Source: an uncultured Spirochaetota bacterium (GTDB taxonomy: Bacteria; Spirochaetota; Spirochaetia; SZUA-6; Fen-1364). Taken from it: a stretch of DNA of 64,000 nt. The translations under genes were made by a program, and so were the position numbers. Below are positions 39,885 to 49,920 of this stretch, in pieces; position 1 is the first letter of the stretch; every line of letters begins with the position of its first letter. The notes beneath the pieces were generated by a model. The model made no database searches. It saw only the letters and a list, made by a program, of their open reading frames with translations, and was not told the origin of the DNA. The stretch is taken from the NCBI GenBank assembly GCA_963845535.1, contig CAWJSK010000015.1, positions 32,001 to 96,000 on the forward strand, read 5' to 3'.

Positions 39885-41731
39885 GTCGCCACCTTCTCCC
39901 CGTAAAGTTGCGCGGCCAGCCGCGAGAGCATTGCCACGCCCTTCACTTCACGGGGCAAAAGCGGTATCTGCACGAGGGGCAGACCGAAGCGTTCGCCTAT
40001 TTCCGCAAGATATTTCTCCTGCATGGCCCGTCGGGCCCGCACAAATGGTGTGGATGCCCGTTCGGGTGGGATGACGAAGTTCGCCACCACAAGACTTGGG
40101 CGAATCCCCACAGTTTCCAGTTCCCGCGCCGCCCGCCACGCTTCGAGAATGGGTGTTGCCTCCGGATACATGACAAAGGCGAAAGTGCTCTGCTCCTGGT
40201 CGCGCATCATGTCGATCACCTGGGCGAACCGCTTCTTGGCAACGTCATCGGCGGCGGAAGCATCCACGGAGGCAAAGACTTTCACATCGATCTGCTTGCT
40301 CCAGTCGATGGGCAGCTCAAGCAGACGAAGGGTGTGCCCCGTCGGGGCGGTGTCGAAAACCACCGCCTGCCAGTCTGGCTGGGAAGCATATTCGATGAAC
40401 TTGTCGAACGCGGCCATCTCCTCCGTGCAGGGCGAGTTGAGCTCCTCCTCCATCACCGCGATGGCTGATTCGGGCCGACCGCGCTTGCGGGCATCCTCGA
40501 GGATACGCGCCTTGTAGGTCTCCGCCGCGGTCTTCGGATCGATCTTGACCGCCCACAGGTCAGGCTGCCCTGCGACGGCCGCGATTTTATCTCCAACAGG
40601 GGTGTCCAACACGTCGCCCAGATGCGCTGCCGGATCCGTGGTCAAAAGCAGGGTCTTGTATCCCTGCTGCGCCAGCCAGACGGCGGTGACGCACGAGGCG
40701 ACGGTTTTGCCCACGCCGCCTTTGCCCGCAAAGAACAGGGTCCGGCGATGGCCGTTGGGCTGGATGCGGGAGCGAATGTCATCGAAGCTCGATGCAAAAT
40801 CCTCCCCGACGGTTTTCTCATCTGCCGCGTCAGAGTCCAGCCGAGCCTTCTCGCCGTCAAAGAAGACTCTCCCCACCTCCCGAAGCCCCTCCACCCCCAT
40901 GATTTCGCCTGGCAGCAGGATCATGCGCTTCTGAGGCATGGCGAACTCGCGCTTGATCTGAACGAGATAATCAGCCTGCATTTCGGCGCGGGCGGCGAAC
41001 AGAGGGTCTTCGGCGTCGTCGGCCTGGATGATGCCGTTGACGATCAAGCGGAAATTGTTGATTCCCAGTTTTTTAAGCTCACCGATGGCGCGCCGTGTCT
41101 CCCGGATGGCTATGGCTTCGGGGTGCAAGACGAACACAAAGGTCGAGAACGATGCGTTGCGCAGGGCGGCAAGGGCTCGTTCATACTTGAGCTTGGCGTC
41201 CTGAATGGCGGCGGCGGGACCGATGCAGGTCTGCCCGCTGCCCGCGCTGGCGGCGTCAATGGATTGCGTCCATTCGGCGGGCAGTTCCAGCAAGCGGATG
41301 GTGTGGCCGGTCGGGGCGGTGTCGAAAATCACCACGTCGTAAGCGTTTCCGTCCTGAGCGGGCGAATCCAGGAAGTCGGTGAAGCGGTCGAAGGCGGCGA
41401 CCTCCGCCGTGCAGGGACCGCTCATCTGTTCTTCCATCACCTGCACCATCTGGGGAGGGAAAGCGGCGCGGATGGGCGCCATGGCGCGGTCAATGTATTC
41501 CTGCGTCGACTTGTCGGGGTCGATTTCCATGGCGGCAAGGCCCGGCACGCCCGCGATCGGCGTGATCTGGTGTCCGATTTCCTGCTCGAACACGTCGGAG
41601 AGATTCGAAGCCGGGTCGGTGGTGACGATGAGAGTGCGCTTCCCCTCGTCCGCATAGCGCACGGCATGCGTACACGCCAGACTGGTCTTGCCCACCCCGC
41701 CTTTGCCGGAGAAGAACATGGACTGGGTCAT
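39881..41731 (-). CDS. arsA: Arsenical pump-driving ATPase (two-domain)
   Basis: Two GKGGVGKT and two DTAPTGHT motifs; GPCT, TCIGP and SPCT cysteines. Confidence 0.93.
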   Translation of the reverse strand: MTQSMFFSGKGGVGKTSLACTHAVRYADEGKRTLIVTTDPASNLSDVFEQEIGHQITPIAGVPGLAAMEIDPDKSTQEYIDRAMAPIRAAFPPQMVQVMEEQMSGPCTAEVAAFDRFTDFLDSPAQDGNAYDVVIFDTAPTGHTIRLLELPAEWTQSIDAASAGSGQTCIGPAAAIQDAKLKYERALAALRNASFSTFVFVLHPEAIAIRETRRAIGELKKLGINNFRLIVNGIIQADDAEDPLFAARAEMQADYLVQIKREFAMPQKRMILLPGEIMGVEGLREVGRVFFDGEKARLDSDAADEKTVGEDFASSFDDIRSRIQPNGHRRTLFFAGKGGVGKTVASCVTAVWLAQQGYKTLLLTTDPAAHLGDVLDTPVGDKIAAVAGQPDLWAVKIDPKTAAETYKARILEDARKRGRPESAIAVMEEELNSPCTEEMAAFDKFIEYASQPDWQAVVFDTAPTGHTLRLLELPIDWSKQIDVKVFASVDASAADDVAKKRFAQVIDMMRDQEQSTFAFVMYPEATPILEAWRAARELETVGIRPSLVVANFVIPPERASTPFVRARRAMQEKYLAEIGERFGLPLVQIPLLPREVKGVAMLSRLAAQLYGEKVAT

Positions 41732-42087
41732 CTGGCGCCCCCATTCAGTGATGCTTTGACTTCGTCAATACTTGGGTAAGCGCCCGTTTTGACAACCTGG
41801 CCCCGCACAACGGTGATCGGAAGGCATTCCATCTGCTTTGCGCGCACCAGGCGCATCACCTCGGCGTTGCCAAGAAAGGCCTTGGGGTTGCTGCTCATCT
41901 GGTAGCGTTCCACGCGCAGGTTGTCGCGCTGGAGAGTCAGGATCATCTCATTGACGTCCAGCAGGGTCTGGTCAAGTGTAGGTCCGCAAAGTCCCGTAGG
42001 ACAACACATCGGCGGATCGAAGAACTCTACGTCGGCGGGAACGGGCTTGGCGGGAACAACATTCAAGAGGGTAATGGGCTCACTCAT
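41728..42087 (-). CDS. arsD: Arsenic metallochaperone
   Basis: FDPPMCCPTGLCGP, LPITVVRG..GAYPS. Confidence 0.92.
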   Translation of the reverse strand: MSEPITLLNVVPAKPVPADVEFFDPPMCCPTGLCGPTLDQTLLDVNEMILTLQRDNLRVERYQMSSNPKAFLGNAEVMRLVRAKQMECLPITVVRGQVVKTGAYPSIDEVKASLNGGAR

Positions 42088-42512
42088 ATCTTCTCCTTCG
42101 AGGTCGCCTGCGATTTCCGGCTGAGTGCTTCCGGAAGGCAAAGAGATGCCTGAGGCCCGCACGTAAGACGCCGTGGCTGGATACGATCCGGGTCGAAGAA
42201 CGCACCGAAAGCGACGTTGAGTTTCTTGAAGGCATCTCGATTGACCGAATAGTAGACCCAGCGAGAATCGACGCGGTCCCGCTCGGCATTGACCAATCCG
42301 ATCTCCCGCAGGACGCTCAGGTGGTGCGAAATCAGGTTAGGCGCCATGCCTAGTTCTGGGCCCAGCTCGCAGTTGCACTGGACTCCCTGAATGATCAGAT
42401 CAAGCAACCGCAACCGTGAGGGTTCCGCAAGCGCCTTGAGCCAGCGGGAGAGCTCCTGCAGGTTGGCAGGCTGCAACTTGACATCCTCTTTGGGAGGAGA
42501 ATAGTTCAACAT
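42084..42512 (-). CDS. arsR: Arsenic-responsive ArsR repressor
   Basis: KALAEPSRL, QCNCEL, ISHHLSVLR, RWVYY; start could be TTG at 42476. Confidence 0.88.
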   Translation of the reverse strand: MLNYSPPKEDVKLQPANLQELSRWLKALAEPSRLRLLDLIIQGVQCNCELGPELGMAPNLISHHLSVLREIGLVNAERDRVDSRWVYYSVNRDAFKKLNVAFGAFFDPDRIQPRRLTCGPQASLCLPEALSRKSQATSKEKI

Positions 42513-42548
42513 GTGTTGAAGTATATGGACGCCCGCAATTTTCGTCAA
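42505..42548 (-). promoter_or_regulatory. ars promoter and operator
   Basis: TTGACG-17-TATACT followed by dyad TTCAACA-ca-TGTTGAA. Confidence 0.75.
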
Positions 42549-42581
42549 GAGGGCGTAATCCGGCAGAGGGCGTAATCCGGC
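42548..42581. repeat. Exact 17-bp tandem duplication
   Basis: AGAGGGCGTAATCCGGC x2. Confidence 0.85.
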
Positions 42582-42622
42582 AGCAGCGATTCGTTGAGAG
42601 CTTGCCATCCCCCACGGCCAGC

Positions 42623-43544
42623 TCAGTGAATGGCGCGCTGTTTGACCAATCCCTCGTCATCGCACCCGCCGCACTCGATCTGCAGCGTGACATGGTCGAC
42701 ACCGAAGCGTTCCGAGAGAAGCTGTTGTATCTGAGCGCGAAGCTCACCGCTTCTGCTAATGAGCATGTCCTCGACTTCTACGTGAGCCTCCGCGTGCACA
42801 TCGTGCTCCCCCACGGACCAGATATGCAGATGGTGGACGTTCTTCACTCCCGGAACATCCGATATGGCATCACGAATCGATTCGAGCGATACGCCGGAGG
42901 GTGCCCCTTCCATGAGAACATGGACCGCCGCCAGAAGGGTTCCGATTGCCTCTTTACCGATGTACAGGCCGATTGCGATTGTCATGATCGGATCAATCCA
43001 ATAGAGCTTCCACAATGCGATTGCGATGCCGCCAATGACGACACCCGCTGAGGAGATGACATCGCTGAACATATGCAGATATGTTGCCCTGATGTTCAGG
43101 CTCTCTCTGGCGCCGCGCTTGAGAAGAAGGGTTCCCGCGAGGTTGGCCGCAATCGCCTACCAGCGCCACGATCGTCATGACTTCCCCTTGCACAGCCTCC
43201 GGGTGCGCGAGCCGGCGGGCCGCCTGGTAGAAAAGGAAGAGGGTCACAGCAATCAGCGCCGCCGAATTGATGAAAGCGGCCAGGATCTCCGCTCTCTTCA
43301 TTCCGAAGGTATGGCGGGCCGAGTTCTGGCGGAGCCTCAAGCGGATCGCGATGTAGCTGATCGCCACTGAGGCTGCATCGCCAAGATTATGGAAGGCATC
43401 GGAAACAAGAGAAAGGCTGCCGGAAGCTATGCCTCCGACAAGCTCGACGGCAGTGATCACGAGGTTGAGCAGCAGCGTTGCGAACAGCCGCAGACCTGAC
43501 GTTTCTCCCGCCTGAGAACGGGTGTGGTTGTGAGGCTCGGCCAT
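42623..43544 (-). CDS. Cation diffusion facilitator (CzcD-like), +1 frameshift near 43155
   Basis: SLSLVSDAFHNLGD, HTFGMKRAE, HMFSD, HHLHIW, HVTLQIE; frames join by removing one base. Confidence 0.88.
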
Positions 43545-43557
43545 GTCATCTCCTTTT

Positions 43558-43571
43558 TGGCAATATTACCA
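43558..43571 (-). promoter_or_regulatory. Operator site 5
   Basis: TTGACA-17-TAATAT within TGGTAATATTGCCA. Confidence 0.75.
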
Positions 43572-43749
43572 TCAATAAAGCACCATGTCAACGCGGGAAG
43601 GGGACCGTGGGGTGGAGCACCGGTTTCGACGACGTACCGACATCGTCCTCTTGATACTTGACAATTGATGGCTGTTTGGTAATATATCCAGCAACGTTAG
43701 CTCCACGGCGCATCACAATTGAATGCGAAATGATCCGGACTGATTGTTT

Positions 43750-45857
43750 ATGAGAATAGGAATCGGGATTGACACGGGCGGAACCTTTACCGACGCGGTC
43801 ATGTATGATTTTGACGCAAAAGAAATACTCTCTTCGGTAAAAGCTTTGACAACGAAAGACAACTTATCTATCGGCATAGGAAGCGCTCTTGACGGGCTTC
43901 CGTACGACTTTCTCAAGAAAGCCGAAATGATAGCTCTTTCGACGACACTTGCAACAAATGCATGCGTTGAAAACAAGGGCGGCCGGGCCAAGCTTCTCTT
44001 TATCGGCGTCGATAAAAAGGTAGTCGAATGGGTTGGCCGCGACTATGGCTTGCCTGCCAGCGAAGAAATCTTCTTTCTGGCGGCAAAGAGCAATTCCAAG
44101 GGAGAAGTTGTCCAGGAACCTGATTGGATCACTTTCCTGAATAGCAGCACCGACTGGATGAAAGACGCCTGTGCTGTCGGTGTCGTCGAGATCGACGCAA
44201 TGGATAATAATGCTGTCCTGGAAATAAAGGCTAGAGACCTGATTATTGCGAAATATGGTGTACCCGTAATCTGCGGCCACGAGCTGTTCTCCGATCTCAA
44301 TTCCGTAAAAAGGGGCTCCAGCATACTCCTGAACGCGCGACTCGTCCCGCTGATTGCTGATTTCCTGCTCGCGACGAAGTTGGCGCTGGAAAAGAGAGCA
44401 ATTACTGCTCCGGTCGTCATTGTCAGAAGTGACGGAAGCCTGATGTCAGAAAAGTTCGCCATTCATCGCCCGGTAGAAACGCTGTTATGCGGTCCGGCTG
44501 CCAGCGTGATGGGCGGCCTTGCGTTGGCGGGCGAAAAGGACAGCTTGATAATCGATATGGGCGGGACAACGACGGATGTTGCAATCATAAAAGGTGGAGT
44601 GCCAAAGAAGGCAGCGAGACGGCATTCACGTGGGAAAATGGCGTACGTATGTCAAAGGGCTCTTTGTCGACACCTTTGGATTGGGCGGCGACAGTGCGGT
44701 CAGATTTGATGACAACGGTCGAATGACCATCGAGCCGAATCGTCTCATACCGTTGTCAGTCGCTGCCGACAGATGGCCTTTAGTTACTGAGAAGCTCAGG
44801 AGACTTGTCAGCACCAAAAGGAAGCATCCAATGCCATTGCATGAGTTCTTTTGTCTTGTTAAGGATATATCACGCAATTCCAATTACAGCACAAGAGAAA
44901 TTGCTTTCTGTAAGGCTCTTCAAAGCGGGCCGCTCATTCTTGCCGAGGCGGCAGAAGCAATTGGCACCGACGTCTACAATCTGGAAATGCGTCGTTTGGA
45001 AGAAGAGGGCGTTGTGATTCGATGCGGACTTACTCCCACCGACATCATGCATATCAGGGGCGATTTTGGCAGGTTCAATACCAGGGCGGCGGAACTGGGC
45101 GCGGAGTTTGTCGCATCATGTATCGATGTGTCTCCAGAAGCTCTTTCCGACATGGTGTATGATATGATGAAGAAGAAACTCTATATCAACATCGTGCGAG
45201 TTCTCCTCGAGGATCAATATCCTGATTTCAGAAAAAACGGTCTCGGCAGCGGGCTTCAATCCCTCATCTCGGAAAGCTGGGAAATGGCGAAGAATGGAAC
45301 GCAACAGAATTTCCTGCATTTCAGCCTTCCATACTCCCGCGGTTCTCGTCGGAATCGGAGCGCCAATTCACATTTTCCTGCCCGATGTCGCAAGGGCCTT
45401 GAATACAACGTGTATAATTCCTGAAAATGCCAGTGTTGCCAACGCGCTTGGGGCCATACTGGGAAATATCTCGGCTACGTACGAGATAGTGATCAAACCT
45501 CAATATTCAATTGAAGGAATCAACGGCTATATAGTCTTTGGACAATCTCACAATAGCCTTGTTCCCGAAAAGGAAGAGGCAATTGAAATTGGATTACAAG
45601 AGGCAAGAGCAGCGGCCAGAGATGAAGCCATGAGGCGCGGGGCTTCTGGAGATATTACCATGACGTCACGCGTGAACATGAGTACCGCTCACGCAAGAGA
45701 CAAATCGGAAATCCTTCTAGAAATCAAGGTAAGCGCAACGGCCATCGGCAGGATTTCTCTGGACGGAATGAATATGCGGGATGGGGTCGGAAATGAACAT
45801 GCGCGGGACAGATTGGGACCGGTGACCCGCGTCTCGGAAGGAGATCCAGTACAATGA
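43750..45857 (+). CDS. Hydantoinase/oxoprolinase family protein, +1 frameshifts near 44613 and 45325
   Basis: GIDTGGTFTD, STTLATNA, GPAAS, DMGGTTTD, GLGGDS, TPTD, VANALGA spread over three frames; lower GC. Confidence 0.85.
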
Positions 45858-46627
45858 TAAGCGGTATTGTCATGCTCAAGGGGCTCGTGGCCGCGCTCGT
45901 CGTTGGCTTCGTGACAGCCTCCATGAGAACCTGGGTTGACCGGTTCTTTCTCCTCATCATGCTGGTTGGAATTGTCGGCCTTGCCATCGACGAGGCTATC
46001 CTTGTCAACCTTGTCGTCGTCAGCCTCTCGGCCTTTCTCATGCTCCTCCGCCAGCGAAAAGCTCTCAGCTATGGCACATCCGTGCAAACGGTCGCGTTTC
46101 TCATTGTCGCTGCCGCCGTCGCAGGAGGCATAGCCGGAAGAATCATCGGAGCCGTGACGCCTCCCAAAGTTCTCCTGGGGGCTTTGGGGGTCTATGCCGT
46201 GCTCGTCGGCCTCAGGATACTTCTCATCAAGCCCCTTTCTGAGCGTGAGGCAAAGGCACATCCCGCCTGGCTGGCACCTGTGGCGCTTGGGAGTGGGTTG
46301 CTAACCGGATTCCTCTCCGCCGGTGGCAAGCCATTTGCCGTTCCCGCCTACAACAACGCGATGGGGCACCACCCTCAGACAGCCTATGCCTATGCGTCGC
46401 TGGGGGTCGTGGCGGCAGCCTGGTCAGCGCTTGCGACCCAGTTCGGCCTCGTTTCCGCAGTCTCACTCGCGGATATTGTTCTCGGGATCTACGAGTTCGC
46501 CCTGGTCACGCTTGTCGCCCTCCTTATGAACAGGCTGTGGTCCGAAAAACTCAACAGAGTCGTCAATCTGACAATTGCCCCGATCCTGATCATCGTGGGT
46601 GTCCGCTTCGTTATTTTCGCGGTCTGA
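45854..46627 (+). CDS. TSUP (TauE/SafE-like) transporter
   Basis: About 8 TM segments; GLLTGFLSAGG..VP. Confidence 0.7.
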   Translation: MISGIVMLKGLVAALVVGFVTASMRTWVDRFFLLIMLVGIVGLAIDEAILVNLVVVSLSAFLMLLRQRKALSYGTSVQTVAFLIVAAAVAGGIAGRIIGAVTPPKVLLGALGVYAVLVGLRILLIKPLSEREAKAHPAWLAPVALGSGLLTGFLSAGGKPFAVPAYNNAMGHHPQTAYAYASLGVVAAAWSALATQFGLVSAVSLADIVLGIYEFALVTLVALLMNRLWSEKLNRVVNLTIAPILIIVGVRFVIFAV

Positions 46628-46667
46628 GCGAACCCAAGAAGATCGTCAATTTTCAAGTCTTCCTGCT

Positions 46668-46711
46668 TGACAAATCGGCGAGGAGATAATATATTCGCTT
46701 TATTGAATATA
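46668..46711 (+). promoter_or_regulatory. Promoter and ArsR-type operator
   Basis: TTGACA at 46668; dyad TATATTC-N8-GAATATA at 46690-46711. Confidence 0.7.
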
Positions 46712-46725
46712 ATTAGTGGTTAGAA

Positions 46726-47118
46726 ATGAACACAGACGAAAGAACGGCTGATTTTTTCAAGGCGCTTATGCACCCCGTGAGGCTTCGGATCCTCGCCATT
46801 CTCAGAAACGGCGAGGAGTGCGTCTGCCACATGGAAGCGGCCCTGGGGCTCAGGCAGGCTTATATCTCGCAGCACCTGACGGTTCTTCGGGAGGCTGGGG
46901 TGGTAAGCGTCAGGCGTGACGGCTGGAACATTTACTATCAGGCCATCGCTCCCGCAGTGTTCGGGATCATCGATGCGGCGGCAGAAATAGCCACTGGCGG
47001 TAAAGAGACCGTGGGGTTGCTGGCTGATCCCCGTCCGCGAGGCTGCGCCTGCCCCAAGTGCAATCTCGAACGCTCGACGAAAGTTCAGAAGATCGATCTG
47101 CCGCGGCGCATGGGCTGA
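46726..47118 (+). CDS. ArsR family regulator
   Basis: KALMHPVRL, ECVCH, ISQHL, C-terminal CACPKC. Confidence 0.92.
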   Translation: MNTDERTADFFKALMHPVRLRILAILRNGEECVCHMEAALGLRQAYISQHLTVLREAGVVSVRRDGWNIYYQAIAPAVFGIIDAAAEIATGGKETVGLLADPRPRGCACPKCNLERSTKVQKIDLPRRMG

Positions 47119-47158
47119 GGCGATATCTTAACAGGAACTCTGACAGGAGGAAGCGCGA

Positions 47159-47413
47159 ATGCTCACGATAAAGGTTTTAGGATCCGGCTGCGCCAATTGT
47201 ACTCACCTTGAAAGGATAGTGCGCAAGGTGGTTGAGACCAAAGGGATTGAGGCCAACGTCGAAAAGGTCACCGATATTTCGCAGATCATGCGCTATCCCA
47301 TTCTCTCGACTCCCGGGCTTGTCATCAATGAAAAACTGGTTTCGGCGGGGAGGATCCCGCAGGAGACAGAGATTGTGAATTGGCTTGAACAAGCGAAGGT
47401 ACAACAACAATGA
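47159..47413 (+). CDS. Small redox-active disulfide (thioredoxin-like) protein
   Basis: IKVLGSGCANC, STPGLVINE. Confidence 0.9.
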   Translation: MLTIKVLGSGCANCTHLERIVRKVVETKGIEANVEKVTDISQIMRYPILSTPGLVINEKLVSAGRIPQETEIVNWLEQAKVQQQ

Positions 47414-47458
47414 CATCGCGATTTTCGCGTCAGAGTTGAGCCGGGAAGGGACGCGTCA

Positions 47459-48517
47459 ATGGAGAACATTTTGCATATCAGGCTTTCCCAGATGAGACGA
47501 TCGCCTGTCTTCACGTACGTTGTCGTCGGTGCCGCGGCGGCTCTGTGGGTCGCGGCATACATCCTGCTGCCGCCCGTCACCCAGTGGATTACCTTCGATG
47601 CTTTTCGACTGACGCATGGCTCCCGCCTCGGGGAATCCGTGGCGTTCTTTCTCTACGACGTTCCCAAGATCCTGCTTCTGCTTTCCGGCATGATCTTTCT
47701 GATCAGCATCGTGCGGACATTCTTCAGCCCTGAGCGCACCCGGGCCATGCTGGGAGGGAAGCGACAGGGGGTCGGGAACGTCCTCGCGGCAATGCTCGGG
47801 ATCGTAACCCCCTTCTGTTCGTGCTCCGCTGTTCCGCTTTTCATCGGATTCGTGGAAAGCGGCATTCCGCTGGGCGTGACCTTCTCCTTTCTCATTGCCG
47901 CCCCCACGATCAACGAGGTCGCGGTCGTGCTGCTCTTCGGTCTTTTCGGATGGAAAGTGGCTGCGCTCTATATCGCCTCCGGACTCCTGATTGCCATCAT
48001 CGCGGGGGTGATCATCGGACGGCTGCGCCTGGAGCGCTTTGTCGAAGACTTCGTCTGGAAGCTGCAGGTCGGCCAGGCCAATTCTGTGGAAGAAAAGCAA
48101 CTCTGGCCGGATCGTATCAGGAGCGCGTGGGCAAGCGTGCGGGAGATCGTGGGGAAAGTCTGGCCCTACATCCTGGTGGGAATAGCGGTGGGCGCAGGAA
48201 TACACGGCTACGTGCCGCAGAGCGCCCTTGCTTCGATCATGGGCAAGCAGGCATGGTGGTCTGTGCCTGCCGCCGTGCTCATCGGTGTGCCCCTCTACTC
48301 AAACGCAGCGGGCATCATCCCGATCGTGAGCGCCCTGATCGAGAAGGGAGCCTCGCTCGGGACCGTGCTTGCTTTCATGATGGCGGTCGTAGGACTGAGC
48401 TTGCCGGAAGCGATAATCCTCCGGCGCGTGCTCAAGCCTCAGCTGCTCGGCATCTTCATGGGTGTGGTCGCACTGGCGATCATCATCACCGGCTACCTGT
48501 TCAACGTGGTCATGTGA
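47459..48517 (+). CDS. ArsP (DUF318) family permease
   Basis: TPFCSCSAVP, GVPLYSN, LSLPE; start uncertain. Confidence 0.9.
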   Translation: MENILHIRLSQMRRSPVFTYVVVGAAAALWVAAYILLPPVTQWITFDAFRLTHGSRLGESVAFFLYDVPKILLLLSGMIFLISIVRTFFSPERTRAMLGGKRQGVGNVLAAMLGIVTPFCSCSAVPLFIGFVESGIPLGVTFSFLIAAPTINEVAVVLLFGLFGWKVAALYIASGLLIAIIAGVIIGRLRLERFVEDFVWKLQVGQANSVEEKQLWPDRIRSAWASVREIVGKVWPYILVGIAVGAGIHGYVPQSALASIMGKQAWWSVPAAVLIGVPLYSNAAGIIPIVSALIEKGASLGTVLAFMMAVVGLSLPEAIILRRVLKPQLLGIFMGVVALAIIITGYLFNVVM

Positions 48518-48527
48518 GGATAGCGCC

Positions 48528-49283
48528 ATGTCCATGATCGTCTCTACGGTGAGCGCAGCACTGGTGTTCGTTTTCTCCGGCCTTCTTGCGATGGCCGGCC
48601 TGGGCGCTGCATTCCTCTTCGTGCCCCTTTTCTACTACCTGGGCGTGCCGCTCGCCGAAGCTACTCCGACGGCGCTGCTCCTGAACGTGGTGAGCCTCCT
48701 GTTCGCGGCAATCACCTACTGGCGGGCAAAGCTCATCAACTGGCGTGTGGGGCTGCCCGTGCTTGTGACAGCGGTGATTCTTTCTCCGCTCGGCGCGCTC
48801 CTCACGCCGCGCGTGAACAAGAGCGTGCTGCTGTGGATGTTTGCGGGCTTCCTGGTTTTCGCGGGAATCATGATGCTCTTCTTCAAGGCACGCAAACGGG
48901 AAAAGGAAATGGGCCGCGCTGTTGAGGCGGGCGCGGGTGTCGGCGTCGGCGGGGTGGCCGGATTCCTGGGTGGGCTCCTGGGCGTGGGGGGCGGCAACTT
49001 CATCGTGCCGGTTCTCAACTGGCTGGGACTGGACCCCAAGGTGGCCGCGGGAACCACAGCGCTCGTGGTGGTGTTCTCTTCCCTCTCCGGATTCCTGGGC
49101 CACGCGACCTTGGGCGGGCTCGATCCCCTGTTCATAGGCATCATGGCTGTGATGGCCGCGGCAGGTTCAGTGGTCGGCTCTCAGTTGATGAAAACAAGGA
49201 TATCCAGCAACCAGCTCAAAAGGATGATCGGAATCCTTCTGTGGTTGATAGCAGCCAAAATGATCTGGGACCTGGTCAAATAG
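48528..49283 (+). CDS. TauE/SafE sulfite exporter family protein
   Basis: AGLGAAFLFVP, GLLGVGGG..VP, AAGTT. Confidence 0.88.
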   Translation: MSMIVSTVSAALVFVFSGLLAMAGLGAAFLFVPLFYYLGVPLAEATPTALLLNVVSLLFAAITYWRAKLINWRVGLPVLVTAVILSPLGALLTPRVNKSVLLWMFAGFLVFAGIMMLFFKARKREKEMGRAVEAGAGVGVGGVAGFLGGLLGVGGGNFIVPVLNWLGLDPKVAAGTTALVVVFSSLSGFLGHATLGGLDPLFIGIMAVMAAAGSVVGSQLMKTRISSNQLKRMIGILLWLIAAKMIWDLVK

Positions 49284-49301
49284 CAGGACAAGGAGGCCAT
49301 T

Positions 49302-49898
49302 ATGGCAACGCGTTTTGTTCCCCCCGAATGGGCTTTCGAGTTTCATGCCCACGAGTGCCCCTTCATGCCCATCGGATACCGCATGGGCAGGCTGGCCATG
49401 GAATACCTGGGCGTGGAAAAGGAAGCCGACCACGGGTTTTTCGTTTTCCCCGAGCTGGGTGAAGGCCACCCGCAGACCTGCATGATGGATGGAATGCAGG
49501 TGGCAACTGGAGCCACCTACGGCAAGGTGATGATCGCCAAGACGTTCTACGGAAAGCTGGCGGCAACCTTCTATCACCCCAAAAAGGGTGCGGTACGCTA
49601 CGCGCTGCTGCCAGAGTTCACCGACGCAATGGGCAAGTTCGAGTTCTTCGACTATCGCAAGAAAGGCGTCGAACCGTCCCAGATACCTCTGGCGGTGCGT
49701 CGAGAGGTCATCCAGTGGGTCTACGACCAGCCGGATGAAGCAATCTTCAAGGTGGAGGCCAAGCCGGATTTCCGCTACACCCCGCCCAAAGGCTCTTTCA
49801 ACAAGGCCAAGTGCAGCGTTTGCGGCGAATACGTCTTCGAGCGATACGTGCGCACCAAGGACGGGAAACCGGTGTGCATCCCCTGTTCGGGTTATTGA
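49302..49898 (+). CDS. FmdE family protein with C-terminal zinc finger
   Basis: FHAHECP..GYRMG, CMMDGMQVATG, CSVCGE..CIPC. Confidence 0.88.
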   Translation: MATRFVPPEWAFEFHAHECPFMPIGYRMGRLAMEYLGVEKEADHGFFVFPELGEGHPQTCMMDGMQVATGATYGKVMIAKTFYGKLAATFYHPKKGAVRYALLPEFTDAMGKFEFFDYRKKGVEPSQIPLAVRREVIQWVYDQPDEAIFKVEAKPDFRYTPPKGSFNKAKCSVCGEYVFERYVRTKDGKPVCIPCSGY

Positions 49899-49920
49899 AG
49901 CACGGAAAAGGAGGAAAGAC

